A stretch of 64,000 bases of DNA from Calditrichia bacterium (GCA_963796965.1 CAWCNS010000004.1:352001-416000); one strand, 5' to 3'. Shown: positions 44,071 to 54,440, numbered from the stretch's first letter. A program made the numbers and translations. Notes: a model not told the origin generated them from the letters alone.

Positions 44071-47000
44071 ATGAAAAATTTATTTAATGGTACGATCTCT
44101 ATTTTAGTTCTGTTAAGTGTTTTTATGATAACCTTAGGTTCTTTTTTCTGTACCGGAAGGACAGGAATAGAGGTTGTTGATCTTAAGATAGAATATAAAT
44201 CCAATCCAGTGGGGATTGATACAAAACAACCACGATTTAGTTGGGCGCTTCAGTCAGAGGAACGTGGGGAAAAACAAACCGCCTATCAAATTCTTGTTGC
44301 CGGTAGTAAAGAACAATTAGAAGAGGATACGGGAGATTTATGGGATTCAGGCAAAATAGATTCGGAGCAATCTACCCATATTTCCTACAAAGGTCAGACT
44401 CTGAAAAGTAATCAAAGGTATTTTCTTAAAGTACGGGTCTGGGGAAAAAATAAAAAACCTGTTCCCTTTAGTCAAATGGCATCATTTACAACAGGTTTGA
44501 TAAATCCAAAGGAATGGCAGGCAAAATGGATCGGTAAAGGGGGAATCATGGATCCGCCTGCAGATCCTGGATTTTATTATTCTCAAAAAGAAACAGATGA
44601 TAAGGGAAACAAATTAAAACACAATCCCCGATCTGTTCTACTTAGAAAAACATTTACAGTCGCTAAAAAAGTTAAACAAGCCCTCTTACACGTAAGTGGA
44701 CTTGGGTTATATGAACTATCACTCAATGGATCAAGGATTGGTGAAAGTCTCCTAACACCTGCCAAAACTTTCTATAAGAAAATTGTCCTATTCGACACCT
44801 ATGATGTTACATCTGCTTTGCAGGAGAAGGAAAATGCTATCGGTATTATGCTTGGCAATGGCTGGTTTAATCCGTTACCAAAATGGTGGAGCTGGCGGAT
44901 GCAATGGTATGGTCCGAAAAGAGCGATTATGCAGTTACATATTGTCTATATGGATGGTTCAGAAGAAGTTGTTTTGACAGATGAAACGTGGAAATTAAAT
45001 GACGGTCCGATTCTGAGTAGTTGTATTTATGATGGAGAGATTTATGATGCCAACCAGGAAATTCCTGGTTGGGATCAGACCGGATTTAATGATGCGGAGT
45101 GGGATGCGGCGAGCATTCTGCCTTCTCCCGGTGGCAAATTGGCTGCTCAGGTTTTACCTCCCATTAAAAAAACAGAATTAATCAAGCCTCAAAAAGTGAC
45201 CAAACACGAAGATGGAAATTATGTGGTTGATCTGGGGCAGAATATATCCGGCTGGCTGCGTGTTAAAATCTCTGGCGTGAAAGGAACTACGATTAAATTC
45301 AATTATGCAGAGAATATAAAAAAGAATGGCAGAATTGATCCTAAAAGTAACAACCTGGCTTCGCCAATAGATACTTATATTGTGGGTGGAAAAGAAAATG
45401 AAACCTATGAACCACGGTTTACCTACCATGGTTTTCGCTATGTGGCGATTAGTGGTATTGTTAATGATTTAAATCCCGATGATATTACTGGGGTTGTTGT
45501 CCATTCTGCTGTGGAACCAGTTGGTACATTTGCCTGTAGTAATGATGATCTGAATCGTATCCATAAGGTCACATTATGGTCACAGAGAGCTAATTTGATG
45601 GGTTTGCCTACGGATTGTCCTCAACGGGATGAACGTCTTGGCTGGTTGGGAGATGCTCATGTTACGGCGGAAGAGGCGATGTTTAATTTTGATATGGCCC
45701 TGTTTTATGAGAAATGGCTGAAATGATATCCAATCAACACAGAGTGATCTGAACGGTGATATCCCCTACATTTCACCCCGACCTTTTACTGATGGAAAGG
45801 GCACACCAGCCTGGAGCAGTGCGTATCATTTAATTGTATGGTATATGTATCTATATTATGGAGATAGGAGTATCTTGGATGATCATTATGAATCAATGCG
45901 TCACTATGTTAATTATTTAACCTCCACCGCTGATAACTACATTCTCCCATCAGATAATTATGGTGACTGGCTCAGCGCCAATCGGAATTGGAAGCGGGGA
46001 GGTCCCTTATCTGTAGCGACCGGCTATTATTATTATGTAACGCGTATTGTTTCTGAAACGGCAAAAATTTTGGAACAGAATGAGGACCATGTAAAATATG
46101 TTCAACTGAGTGAAAAGATAAAAGACGCTTACAATAAAAAGTTTTACGGCTATGATAAACAGCAATATGAAGAGGGTAGCCAGTTCTCAAATAGTTTCCC
46201 ACTATTTCTTGGTATTGCCACCGATTTTTTAGGGAAGGCTGCTTTGGGAGGTCTGGTTGTTGATATAATAGAAAATAAAGGTCATCTAAATACAGGGATT
46301 TTAGGGACAAAATACATGCTTGAAGCGCTCTCCAGGGAAGATCATAGTAAAATGGCATACCTGATGGTGACACAGCCTGATTATCCTGGTTGGATAAATT
46401 TAATTCAGGGCAGAACCACCTTCTCTGAGCATTGGAATCAAACGGGATCCAATAACCATGTCATGTTTGGTAGTGTGGATAGCTGGTTTTACAAGGTCCT
46501 GGCTGGAATTAGCATTGATGAGGAAATGCCAGGCTTTGAAAATGTTATCATAGCACCATACATCGCCTCTGAAATGGATTGGGTAAAAGCACATGTTAAG
46601 ACTATTCGGGGTCAGGTAGGTGTTGAGTGGCAAAAAGAGGATGATGATTTAAAATTGAGTATTCAAATTCCGGTCAATTCGACCGCAACGGTTTACATCT
46701 TAGCCAATGGACCTGAGCATGTTGCCGAAGAAAGCGATCCGGCCTCAACCTCAGTAGGAGTAACCTATATAAGGACAGATGGAAAATATGCTGTATATCA
46801 GGTTGAATCAGGTCGATATGAATTTAGGTCTAGAAATATTGGTTCCTTGATTGATGCACCTTATGCATCAAAACCCGTGATAAACCCAGCCGACACGTCG
46901 GTTTTTAAACCGGAATCGCTTTTAGTACATCTTTCTACGGAAACAGAAGGCGCAGAGATACGATATACGTTAGATAAATCTAAACCCTCAGAGAAATCGG

Positions 47001-47545
47001 CCTTATATACAAAACCTATTTTATTGCAAAACTCTCAAACAGTTAATGCACGTAGCTTCAAGAAAGGATACCACCCAAGTTTTAATCAATCCGTAGATAT
47101 TTCCTTTGTTGATCCTGAACAAAACGGATTACATTATCGATTTTATGAAGGGGCCTGGACAAAATTGCCAAAGTTTTCCACACTTTCTCCCACCCGACAG
47201 GGAATTATATATCGTATTAGTCTTGATAACCTCAATGTACCCAAATATGATTTTGGATTTGAAGTTGAGGGATTTATCCAGATTGATGAAGAGGGAGAAT
47301 ATACTTTTTATACGCAATCAAATGATGGAAGCCGGCTATATGTTGATAACAAAAGGATCGTCGACAATGATCTTGAACATTTGATTGAAGAGAAGTCGGG
47401 CTCAATCCATTTAAACGCAGGAAGACATCCTTTTAAAGTTACCTATTTTCAGAGTGGAGGGGGGATCGGTTTGGAGGTTTTATATGAGGGGCCGGGGATT
47501 GAGAAACAGACCATCCCGCCTGAGCAGTTATTTCAGAATAAATGA
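44071..47545 (+). CDS. GH78 alpha-L-rhamnosidase plus Fn3-associated and PA14 domains (frameshift near 45720)
   Basis: PRFSW, QTAYQI, DLGQN..GW, PRFTYHGFRY, LPTDCPQRDERLGWLGD, SNNHVMFG, C-terminal PA14. Confidence 0.92.
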
Positions 47546-47675
47546 TAAATAAATATTATTTAGCAGGAATGATAAACGAGGATTAATCTTGTCGTAGAGG
47601 AGTATCTTTCTTCTATTAGGGGTTGTTGCGGTATCGGTTTAAATTGCACAATTTTTGGTTGAGCAAGGACCTGTT

Positions 47676-47740
47676 TTCCCCTTGGAAAAGGGGGACTAAG
47701 CCCGTTCTACGGGACTAACCCCCTTTCTTAAGGGGGGATT
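47676..47740. repeat. Gene-less MITE-like derivative of the DUF559 cassette ends
   Basis: TTCCCCTT-GGAA-AAGGGGGACTAAG / CCCGTTCTACGGG / ACTAACCCCCTT-TCTT-AAGGGGGGATT. Confidence 0.65.
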
Positions 47741-47833
47741 AAATTGCAGTTAGTGGTTAATTATACTTAAATCTCAGAGATTTGATTTTTTGACAAATCA
47801 TGGTCATTTACAATATCCAAACATGGAGGTGCA

Positions 47834-49816
47834 ATGAGGCATAGTATTACTCTGTTAGTAGTATTTGTGTTATTTTTTTCAGTAAATTCTATTCTTCTCG
47901 CAGATGGATCTCATCAAACAACCTTCTATGTTTCCAAGTTAGGCCATAATACGGACGGCTCATCATGGGTAAATGCATTTAACACAATTCAGGCGGCCCT
48001 CGATGCAATTCCGGATGCTCGTGGTGGATATAAGATTATCATTCGCCCGGATACCTATTTTGAAGCCATGCTTTATCCCAATAACAGGGGTGCGGCGGGT
48101 TCGTATAATCTGCTCATTGGTGATGTGGATGGCAGTTTGGGTTCGGGTTCAACCGGTTGGGTGGTGATTGATTCCGGAGATCCGGATCAGAAAGGTTTTA
48201 AAAGTTATGATTGGTGGGGACCCATTCGCAGCAATTCACAGGGATGGTCCAAAGCGCATACGGACTCCACTTTTTCTGCCATTGGTTGGGATCGCTGGCA
48301 TCTGAAAAATCTTTATGTTACCGGGGGGGATGCCGGTATCTTTTTCGATCTGACAAATCAGGTAAAACCTTTTTCGGTTATCGTGGAAGATTGTATCAGC
48401 ATTGGACGGGCATTTGGAGGGGGAGTGGCCAGCTGTCTGTCACGCCCGTCAGAGCCAATCACATTCAGGCGATGTTCATTGTGGGCACTTGACTGGTGGG
48501 GTGATACGGCAGGTGCCTATGTCAGGGTAGAAAATGAAACTATGCCAGACTCTGCAGATGTGGTTTTTGAAAATTGTACCATGGTTAGTCCCCAATGCGC
48601 CCTAAAAGGAAGTAATTTTGGCTTCCACACTTTCACACGGGTAAAACTAGATCGCTGTAAATTGATAACGCTCAACTTTTCGCAGCCGCATGGGACCCCT
48701 ACAGATGGTATTATTCAGAGTGTGCAGGAAGGAAAATTATTGGCGGTCGATTTGGAAAATTGTACCTTGATGGGCTATAAAGTCTTTGGTGTGGTCGTAA
48801 ATAAAGAAACGGTTGGGGATATACACTATACGACCAAAGGAGATGTTAAGGCGTATATTCAATTTCAACAAGAGATCCCAACGGGATTCCATCGTTTGTC
48901 GTACTGGCCAACGGAGGTGTTCCAGGAACTTATTCCCCCATCACCACAACAGCCCTCAAAATTCGTTGATAAAGAGTTGATTCGAAATGATTTATGTGAA
49001 GTTTCTCCCTTCATTTGGAAGGGGAGGTTATGTATCATGGAATGCATACGCCCGGGTAGCGGAGGTGCAAAAGATGATTATTATATGCTCCTAAAGGACT
49101 ATGAAACTGGCAAAGAGTTGGCACGTTGTGCGACAGGCTATGGGCTTGCGTCAATCATTGTCTATAATCGGGAGGTTCATATTTTTGCATCTCGTTGGGA
49201 GGATGGTCAATGGCGGGATGTAACCCATTTCAAATCCGTTGATCTAAAAGAATGGGAATCTCAAAAAGCAATTGAAGGCGAAAATGAAGGCATTTTTAAT
49301 TCTTCGGTTTGCCATGATGAAAATGGATTTGTATTAAGTTATGAATCAAGTGATAAAACCTATCCGGCTTTTACTATTAAATTTGCCAGGTCACCTGACC
49401 TGGAGAAATGGGAAAAAGTACCAACCGCTGTATTTGGAACAAACCGCTATACCGCCTGCCCAACACTCCACTTTGATAAGGGGTGGCATTATATGCTTTA
49501 TCTGGAGAGACGGGCGCCACGCTGGGTATTTGAAACGTATATCACACGATCAAAAGATTTAATCAGTTGGGAGACAAGCGCCGCTAATCCCGTGTTGTCT
49601 GCCACTGGTCTGGATGAGGGGATCAATGCATCTGATCCGGAAATAATTGAATTTGACGGCAGTACGTATGTCTTTTATGCTGTTGGTGATCAGCGCACCT
49701 GGATGAATGTGAAGCGTGCCCGGTATACCGGAAACATATCCGAATTTTTTGAATCATGGTATAAACAACCGGGAATACCAGATGTTGGTGGATTAAGTAT
49801 TTCTACAGATAATTAA
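47834..49816 (+). CDS. Secreted hypothetical: beta-helix-like N-domain fused to five-bladed propeller C-domain
   Basis: FYVSKLG...DGSSW..AF.TIQAAL at the start. C-terminal S.DL..W repeats, NPVL, INASDP. Confidence 0.5.
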   Translation: MRHSITLLVVFVLFFSVNSILLADGSHQTTFYVSKLGHNTDGSSWVNAFNTIQAALDAIPDARGGYKIIIRPDTYFEAMLYPNNRGAAGSYNLLIGDVDGSLGSGSTGWVVIDSGDPDQKGFKSYDWWGPIRSNSQGWSKAHTDSTFSAIGWDRWHLKNLYVTGGDAGIFFDLTNQVKPFSVIVEDCISIGRAFGGGVASCLSRPSEPITFRRCSLWALDWWGDTAGAYVRVENETMPDSADVVFENCTMVSPQCALKGSNFGFHTFTRVKLDRCKLITLNFSQPHGTPTDGIIQSVQEGKLLAVDLENCTLMGYKVFGVVVNKETVGDIHYTTKGDVKAYIQFQQEIPTGFHRLSYWPTEVFQELIPPSPQQPSKFVDKELIRNDLCEVSPFIWKGRLCIMECIRPGSGGAKDDYYMLLKDYETGKELARCATGYGLASIIVYNREVHIFASRWEDGQWRDVTHFKSVDLKEWESQKAIEGENEGIFNSSVCHDENGFVLSYESSDKTYPAFTIKFARSPDLEKWEKVPTAVFGTNRYTACPTLHFDKGWHYMLYLERRAPRWVFETYITRSKDLISWETSAANPVLSATGLDEGINASDPEIIEFDGSTYVFYAVGDQRTWMNVKRARYTGNISEFFESWYKQPGIPDVGGLSISTDN

Positions 49817-49828
49817 CGGCTTTCTTCT

Positions 49829-49988
49829 ACCACAAAGGACACAAAGAAGGCACAGAGTGCACAGAGAAAAGATTATCTTGATTTTATAATTTTGATATCC
49901 AAAATATTTGATCAAATGGTAATTGAGACCAAGTAAGATCTGAATCCCAAAAATTTTTTCTTTGCGGATTCTGCGTCTCTGCGTGAGA
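49829..49988. repeat. Family B arms from two different subfamilies
   Basis: ACCACAAAGGACACAAAGAAGGCACAGAGTGCACAGAG ... TCTTTGCGGATTCTGCGTCTCTGCGTGAGA. Confidence 0.75.
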
Positions 49989-50044
49989 AAATATATAACT
50001 ATTTACCTCAAATGGTGAAATAAGAAATGGATTAGAATATATGA

Positions 50045-50102
50045 ATGACCTCCCCCTTTCATCCCCCTCCTTACTAAGGAGGGGGAACGAGGGGGTGGTG
50101 AT
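50045..50102. repeat. Family A long palindrome
   Basis: ATGACCTCCCCCTTTCATCCCCCTCCTTACTAAGGAGGGGGAACGAGGGGGTGGTGAT. Confidence 0.9.
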
Positions 50103-50149
50103 TTAAATATCCTAAATTATCCTGGTGCTATATCTTTTCCGAGGAAAAA

Positions 50150-53107
50150 ATGAATAATCTCTCAAAAAGTATTTACATCTTAATCTTCACCCTCATGCAA
50201 TTGTCGATGGTAAATGGACAACATACCATCTGTGAAGTTACAAAAAGGGAAATGGCTTCAATCATGGTTGTTATGCGGCCCTTTCCCAATACCCTTGCAG
50301 AAGGCGTAACGGAATATCGCCATGATAAAACCACTCTCGGATTTTATATTGATCATTTAAAAGTGATAGGTGGTGAAAGTAAAGTACAACCGAAAGATGG
50401 TCTGGCGTTTATAACAGATAAAGGTCAAAACTTTACCTGGAAATTGTACAACGCACCCAATGACTATATTGATCTGATTTCTATCTATAAAGAGAACCAG
50501 CGTGTGGTTGCCTACGCGGCATCTGAGATTATTTCTGATAGTGATCAGGAGGTTGTGCTGACCCTGGGTAGTAATGATGGTATCAGAGCCTGGTTAAATG
50601 GATCTCTTGTCTGGGATCATCATTTGCCACGCGGTGCGGAGAGAGATCATGACTGGGTAAAAGTTGTTTTAAAAAAGGGGAAGAATTTACTTCTATTGAA
50701 AATTGACCAGGGAACAGGTAAATGGGGCTTTTATGCCCGATTCCTTGATTTGGATGAACAAAGACAAGTTATAGATGATCTGCGCCCAAACATGATTGAT
50801 GCCGGGGTTGAGGCAGAAATAAATCAGAATGATATATCTTTGGTGATGGGTCGTCATGCACGATACCTGATTATGGAAGAAGTCCCCGAATATAATGCAT
50901 CTGTGAGAGGTGTCGCAGGTAACATGGATTTAGGCGGCTTCGCTTCTCTCGCGGATACGATTGTCATTGATATACGTAATCTTAAAACCGGACCATACTG
51001 GATCGACTGTTCAACTAACTTGCCAGGTAATCAAAAAATGGCCGAGAGTTTGTTTTTCTATCGTGGTGAGAGCCCACACAAAGTCCGAACATATGATGAA
51101 AATGGAATTTCAAAATCATTTAAAGTTGAGATGCTCGATGAGACCTTTAGTCCGGTCCCTGAGGGGATAAAAAAAGATGCTGCAGGTGTATACAGTATAT
51201 TGCGACCAGACATTGTGCCATTTTATTTACGATTTTTAGTTAAATCATCTTCCCTTGGTTATCGCTGGTTTCTGGCGGACAACAATGGTCAAGGATATAG
51301 GATTCCTGCTGATGATAATTTCTCTATCGATTTACCAAAGGAAGCGGCGAAAACATTACAAAAAAATATGCAATCTTCCTTATCTGGAGAAATACCAACC
51401 TGGATCAAAAAGAATATAAAAATGCGATTGACCCGGAATGACACGGATAGTCCGGCCCGTATTTATAACTTATTGGATCAATTGTCGACCATAAAAAGTC
51501 GAGTAAGTTCAAATAACTCTCTTTCTGTTTGGTATGCTCCGGGAACAGAGAAAGTTTCTCTTACTGAAACCGTACCAAATTCTAGTATGGATACTGTTCA
51601 TCTCTCAGTAGCGAAAAACGAATATGAGCCCTTTCAATTGGTCTTGAAACCAAAACATGATTGTGCGGATTTGAAAATTGAATTCAAATCCCTTGTCTCA
51701 AAGGGTGAGATCTTCGATCTTTCAAATATTAATGTCCTTAATGTGGAATATATTGAGGTAAAAACGACATCGGATCTTTATGGTACAAAAGGGCCCTGGC
51801 CTGATCCACTTCCACCGATACAGGAGCAAATCACAATCGAAAAAGATAAGAATAATCCTTTGTGGATTACCTTTTACGCTTCCAATAAGCAACGAGCTGG
51901 GATTTATAAAGGAGAGATTCATCTTTCATCAAAGGCCTTTTCTAAGATAGTCATTCCGATTCAGGTAGAGGTCTATGATTTCGTTTTGCCTGATGAGCCA
52001 GCCATAGAAACCGCTTATGGTGTCTCTGTGAATAAAAATTATCATGGGCCGGTTACAGATGAACAATATATGGAGATCCATGATCTTTATATGCAGTTTT
52101 GTGCTTCTCATCGGATTTCGCCCTATTCTCCCCATGCCGGCGCAGGTATTGATATTCAATTTGAAGGAAATCCGGCAAAGCCGCGAATCGACTATACAAA
52201 ATTTGATAGAGCCATGGAACGCTATCTGGATGAATTTAAATTTACCTCATTCAGAATAGCTGGAATTCCAAAGAAACTAAACGGATTTGAAATATATTCA
52301 GAGGGATATAATCGTCTGTTCATACAGACATATTCAGAAATTCAGGAACATTTGCGAGAAAAAGGTTGGTTGGATAAAGCTTTTTGGTATTGGGTAGACG
52401 AGCCACCCATCAGCGAATATCCAAATGTGAAAAAGGGAATGGCCCTGTTAAAAGCAGCCTGCCCTGATATGCGTCGTTTGCTGACCTGTAATAATGAAGA
52501 TGCGCCAATCGCCTATTTTTATGATTATGTTAATCTATGGGTTCCGATCATGGATCGATATAATTATGAGAAGGCACGTCCGAGGCAGGAGCTTGGTGAG
52601 GATGTATGGTGGTATGTATGTACGGGACCCAAGGGTCCCTATCCCAATAATTTTACCGATCATCCGGCGATGAATCACCGTGTCCGTTTTTGGATGATTG
52701 ATAAATATGGATTGGATGGCAGTTTATATTGGTCCGTAACTTATTGGAAACAAAACCCCTGGGAGCTGGCGATGAGTTATAATCCGGGAGGGGGCATGTG
52801 GGGAAATGGTGACGGTCGTTTGCTTTATCCACCAAGAAAGTCAGAACCTGACGTTCCTGTGATAGAGGGTCCGGTAACATCTATACGCTTTGAAAATTTA
52901 CGAGATGGGTTGGAGGATATTGAGTATCTACAATTATTGAGAAAGAGTGGTTCAGCAGGAAAACAACTTTTGTCGAAAGCACATAATGACCTGGTTCAAA
53001 CAATGACAGTCTTCGAACAAAACCCGATTATTCTCATGACCATGCGCCATCGGATTGCAAAAGTGATTGAAACTGTTTCCCCCATAGAAGGGGCAGATGC
53101 AAAATAG
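50150..53107 (+). CDS. DUF4091/GH123-like secreted glycoside hydrolase
   Basis: AKNEYEPFQL, WPDPL, PLWIT..AG.YKG, Y..DEP, WWYVC, G.LYW, GDG.L.YP, SIRFE..RDGLED.EYL. Confidence 0.75.
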   Translation: MNNLSKSIYILIFTLMQLSMVNGQHTICEVTKREMASIMVVMRPFPNTLAEGVTEYRHDKTTLGFYIDHLKVIGGESKVQPKDGLAFITDKGQNFTWKLYNAPNDYIDLISIYKENQRVVAYAASEIISDSDQEVVLTLGSNDGIRAWLNGSLVWDHHLPRGAERDHDWVKVVLKKGKNLLLLKIDQGTGKWGFYARFLDLDEQRQVIDDLRPNMIDAGVEAEINQNDISLVMGRHARYLIMEEVPEYNASVRGVAGNMDLGGFASLADTIVIDIRNLKTGPYWIDCSTNLPGNQKMAESLFFYRGESPHKVRTYDENGISKSFKVEMLDETFSPVPEGIKKDAAGVYSILRPDIVPFYLRFLVKSSSLGYRWFLADNNGQGYRIPADDNFSIDLPKEAAKTLQKNMQSSLSGEIPTWIKKNIKMRLTRNDTDSPARIYNLLDQLSTIKSRVSSNNSLSVWYAPGTEKVSLTETVPNSSMDTVHLSVAKNEYEPFQLVLKPKHDCADLKIEFKSLVSKGEIFDLSNINVLNVEYIEVKTTSDLYGTKGPWPDPLPPIQEQITIEKDKNNPLWITFYASNKQRAGIYKGEIHLSSKAFSKIVIPIQVEVYDFVLPDEPAIETAYGVSVNKNYHGPVTDEQYMEIHDLYMQFCASHRISPYSPHAGAGIDIQFEGNPAKPRIDYTKFDRAMERYLDEFKFTSFRIAGIPKKLNGFEIYSEGYNRLFIQTYSEIQEHLREKGWLDKAFWYWVDEPPISEYPNVKKGMALLKAACPDMRRLLTCNNEDAPIAYFYDYVNLWVPIMDRYNYEKARPRQELGEDVWWYVCTGPKGPYPNNFTDHPAMNHRVRFWMIDKYGLDGSLYWSVTYWKQNPWELAMSYNPGGGMWGNGDGRLLYPPRKSEPDVPVIEGPVTSIRFENLRDGLEDIEYLQLLRKSGSAGKQLLSKAHNDLVQTMTVFEQNPIILMTMRHRIAKVIETVSPIEGADAK

Positions 53108-53138
53108 ATAATTTTGACATAAATGTATTGATCTTTTT

Positions 53139-53175
53139 GAATAAGCAAAATCTATTCCCCCTTTGAAGGGGGAAT
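53139..53175. repeat. Solo DUF559-end hairpin (putative scar)
   Basis: GAATAAGCAAAATCT-ATTCCCCCTT-TG-AAGGGGGAAT. Confidence 0.8.
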
Positions 53176-53257
53176 TTGATCTGCGCTATGCAAAATATCA
53201 GAGATCTCTGCGAGAGATAAGTAGGAATAAATTCAGTTAACATAATATGGAAGTAAT

Positions 53258-54358
53258 ATGAAACCCAATCATTCTGATTATTTGATCAGTTATATTGCCC
53301 CGGCAGCGCCGGCGACGCGGAGGCCAGGGGAGGGAAATGAACCATTTCTTCGGCCCGAGATCGGATTCACGCCAAAATGGTATCACCACCATCTACAAAT
53401 TGATTTTGATGAAAAATGGCATACTGATCCGGTTTTCCGACGTGAAACAATTCTACGCATGCGAAAGGAATTACGCCGGCGTTTTCCGGATACCAAAATC
53501 GGTCGGATCGACCAGTCTGAGAAACCACTGGATCTGTTAACCGGCACATATGGGGCTTCAAGCATTGCTGCTATTTATGGCGTACCGATCATTTATGCCA
53601 GAGATAACTGGCCGAATTGCGCCCATCAGTATCTATCTGAGGATGAGATCAAACAGTTATCCCCTCCAGACCTCGATTCGAATAGGCACTTTCAGGCTCT
53701 CATGAACCAGGTTGAAAAAATTGCAGAGTTGGAAGGACCTGTGGAAGGATTTATCAACTGGCAAGGTGTCTTAAATAATGCCCAGCGTTTAAGGGGGCAG
53801 GACTTATTCATGGATATGATGATGAACCCGGGAATGGTTCATCACCTATTCGAATGTGTCACGACGACGATGATAGATGCAGCCAAGCGCTTGCATGAGC
53901 GGCAGCGTGTGTCAGGCGTCGAGGTTAGTTTTTTTACGATGAGTAACTGTCTCGTCAATATGGTCTCGGCAGAACATTATGCAGAATTATTGCTGCCCTA
54001 TGATTTAAAAATTTCCGGAGCTTTTGAGACAGTAGGTGTTCATAATTGCGCCTGGAATGCCAATCCCTATCTGGAAGACTATGCTAAAATTCCGAATATC
54101 AGATATATCGATATGGGACAGAATTCAGATCTTGAACGGGCAAAAGAATTATTTCCGCAAGGACGCAGGGCGATTATGTATACACCGATGGATGTGGCCA
54201 ATAAATCTCTTGATGAAGTTCGTTTAGATCTGGAAAAAATTGCGAGAGAATATGGACCCTGTGATATTGTTGCCGCGGATATCGAAGTGGATACCCCTGA
54301 TCAACGGGTAGTGGATTTTATAAATCTCTGTGAAGAAATTAGTTTAAGGTGGAGCTAG
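53258..54358 (+). CDS. Uroporphyrinogen decarboxylase / MtaA-CmuA methyltransferase-like barrel protein
   Basis: G.LN.A..LRG..LFMD....P..VH.L, MVS...Y.E..LPY, HNC metal motif, TP...V. Confidence 0.65.
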   Translation: MKPNHSDYLISYIAPAAPATRRPGEGNEPFLRPEIGFTPKWYHHHLQIDFDEKWHTDPVFRRETILRMRKELRRRFPDTKIGRIDQSEKPLDLLTGTYGASSIAAIYGVPIIYARDNWPNCAHQYLSEDEIKQLSPPDLDSNRHFQALMNQVEKIAELEGPVEGFINWQGVLNNAQRLRGQDLFMDMMMNPGMVHHLFECVTTTMIDAAKRLHERQRVSGVEVSFFTMSNCLVNMVSAEHYAELLLPYDLKISGAFETVGVHNCAWNANPYLEDYAKIPNIRYIDMGQNSDLERAKELFPQGRRAIMYTPMDVANKSLDEVRLDLEKIAREYGPCDIVAADIEVDTPDQRVVDFINLCEEISLRWS

Positions 54359-54400
54359 CATAGCGCTTTGGACATGGCGCATAGGGTACAGCAATAGGAA

Positions 54401-54440
54401 ATTACCTCCCCCTGAATCCCCCTCCTTACTAAGGAAGGGT
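54401..54440. repeat. Truncated family A palindrome
   Basis: ATTACCTCCCCCTGAATCCCCCTCCTTACTAAGGAAGGG. Confidence 0.8.

Noticed and set aside
11759..54440. Family A or other repeats as a CRISPR array
   Set aside because: Copies are kilobases apart, in both orientations, with no regular spacers and no cas genes.
4625..54440. Family A and DUF559-end hairpins as ordinary intrinsic terminators
   Set aside because: They lack a consistent U-tract, occur in both orientations among co-oriented genes, and also sit immediately upstream of the DUF559 starts. A secondary RNA-level role is not excluded.
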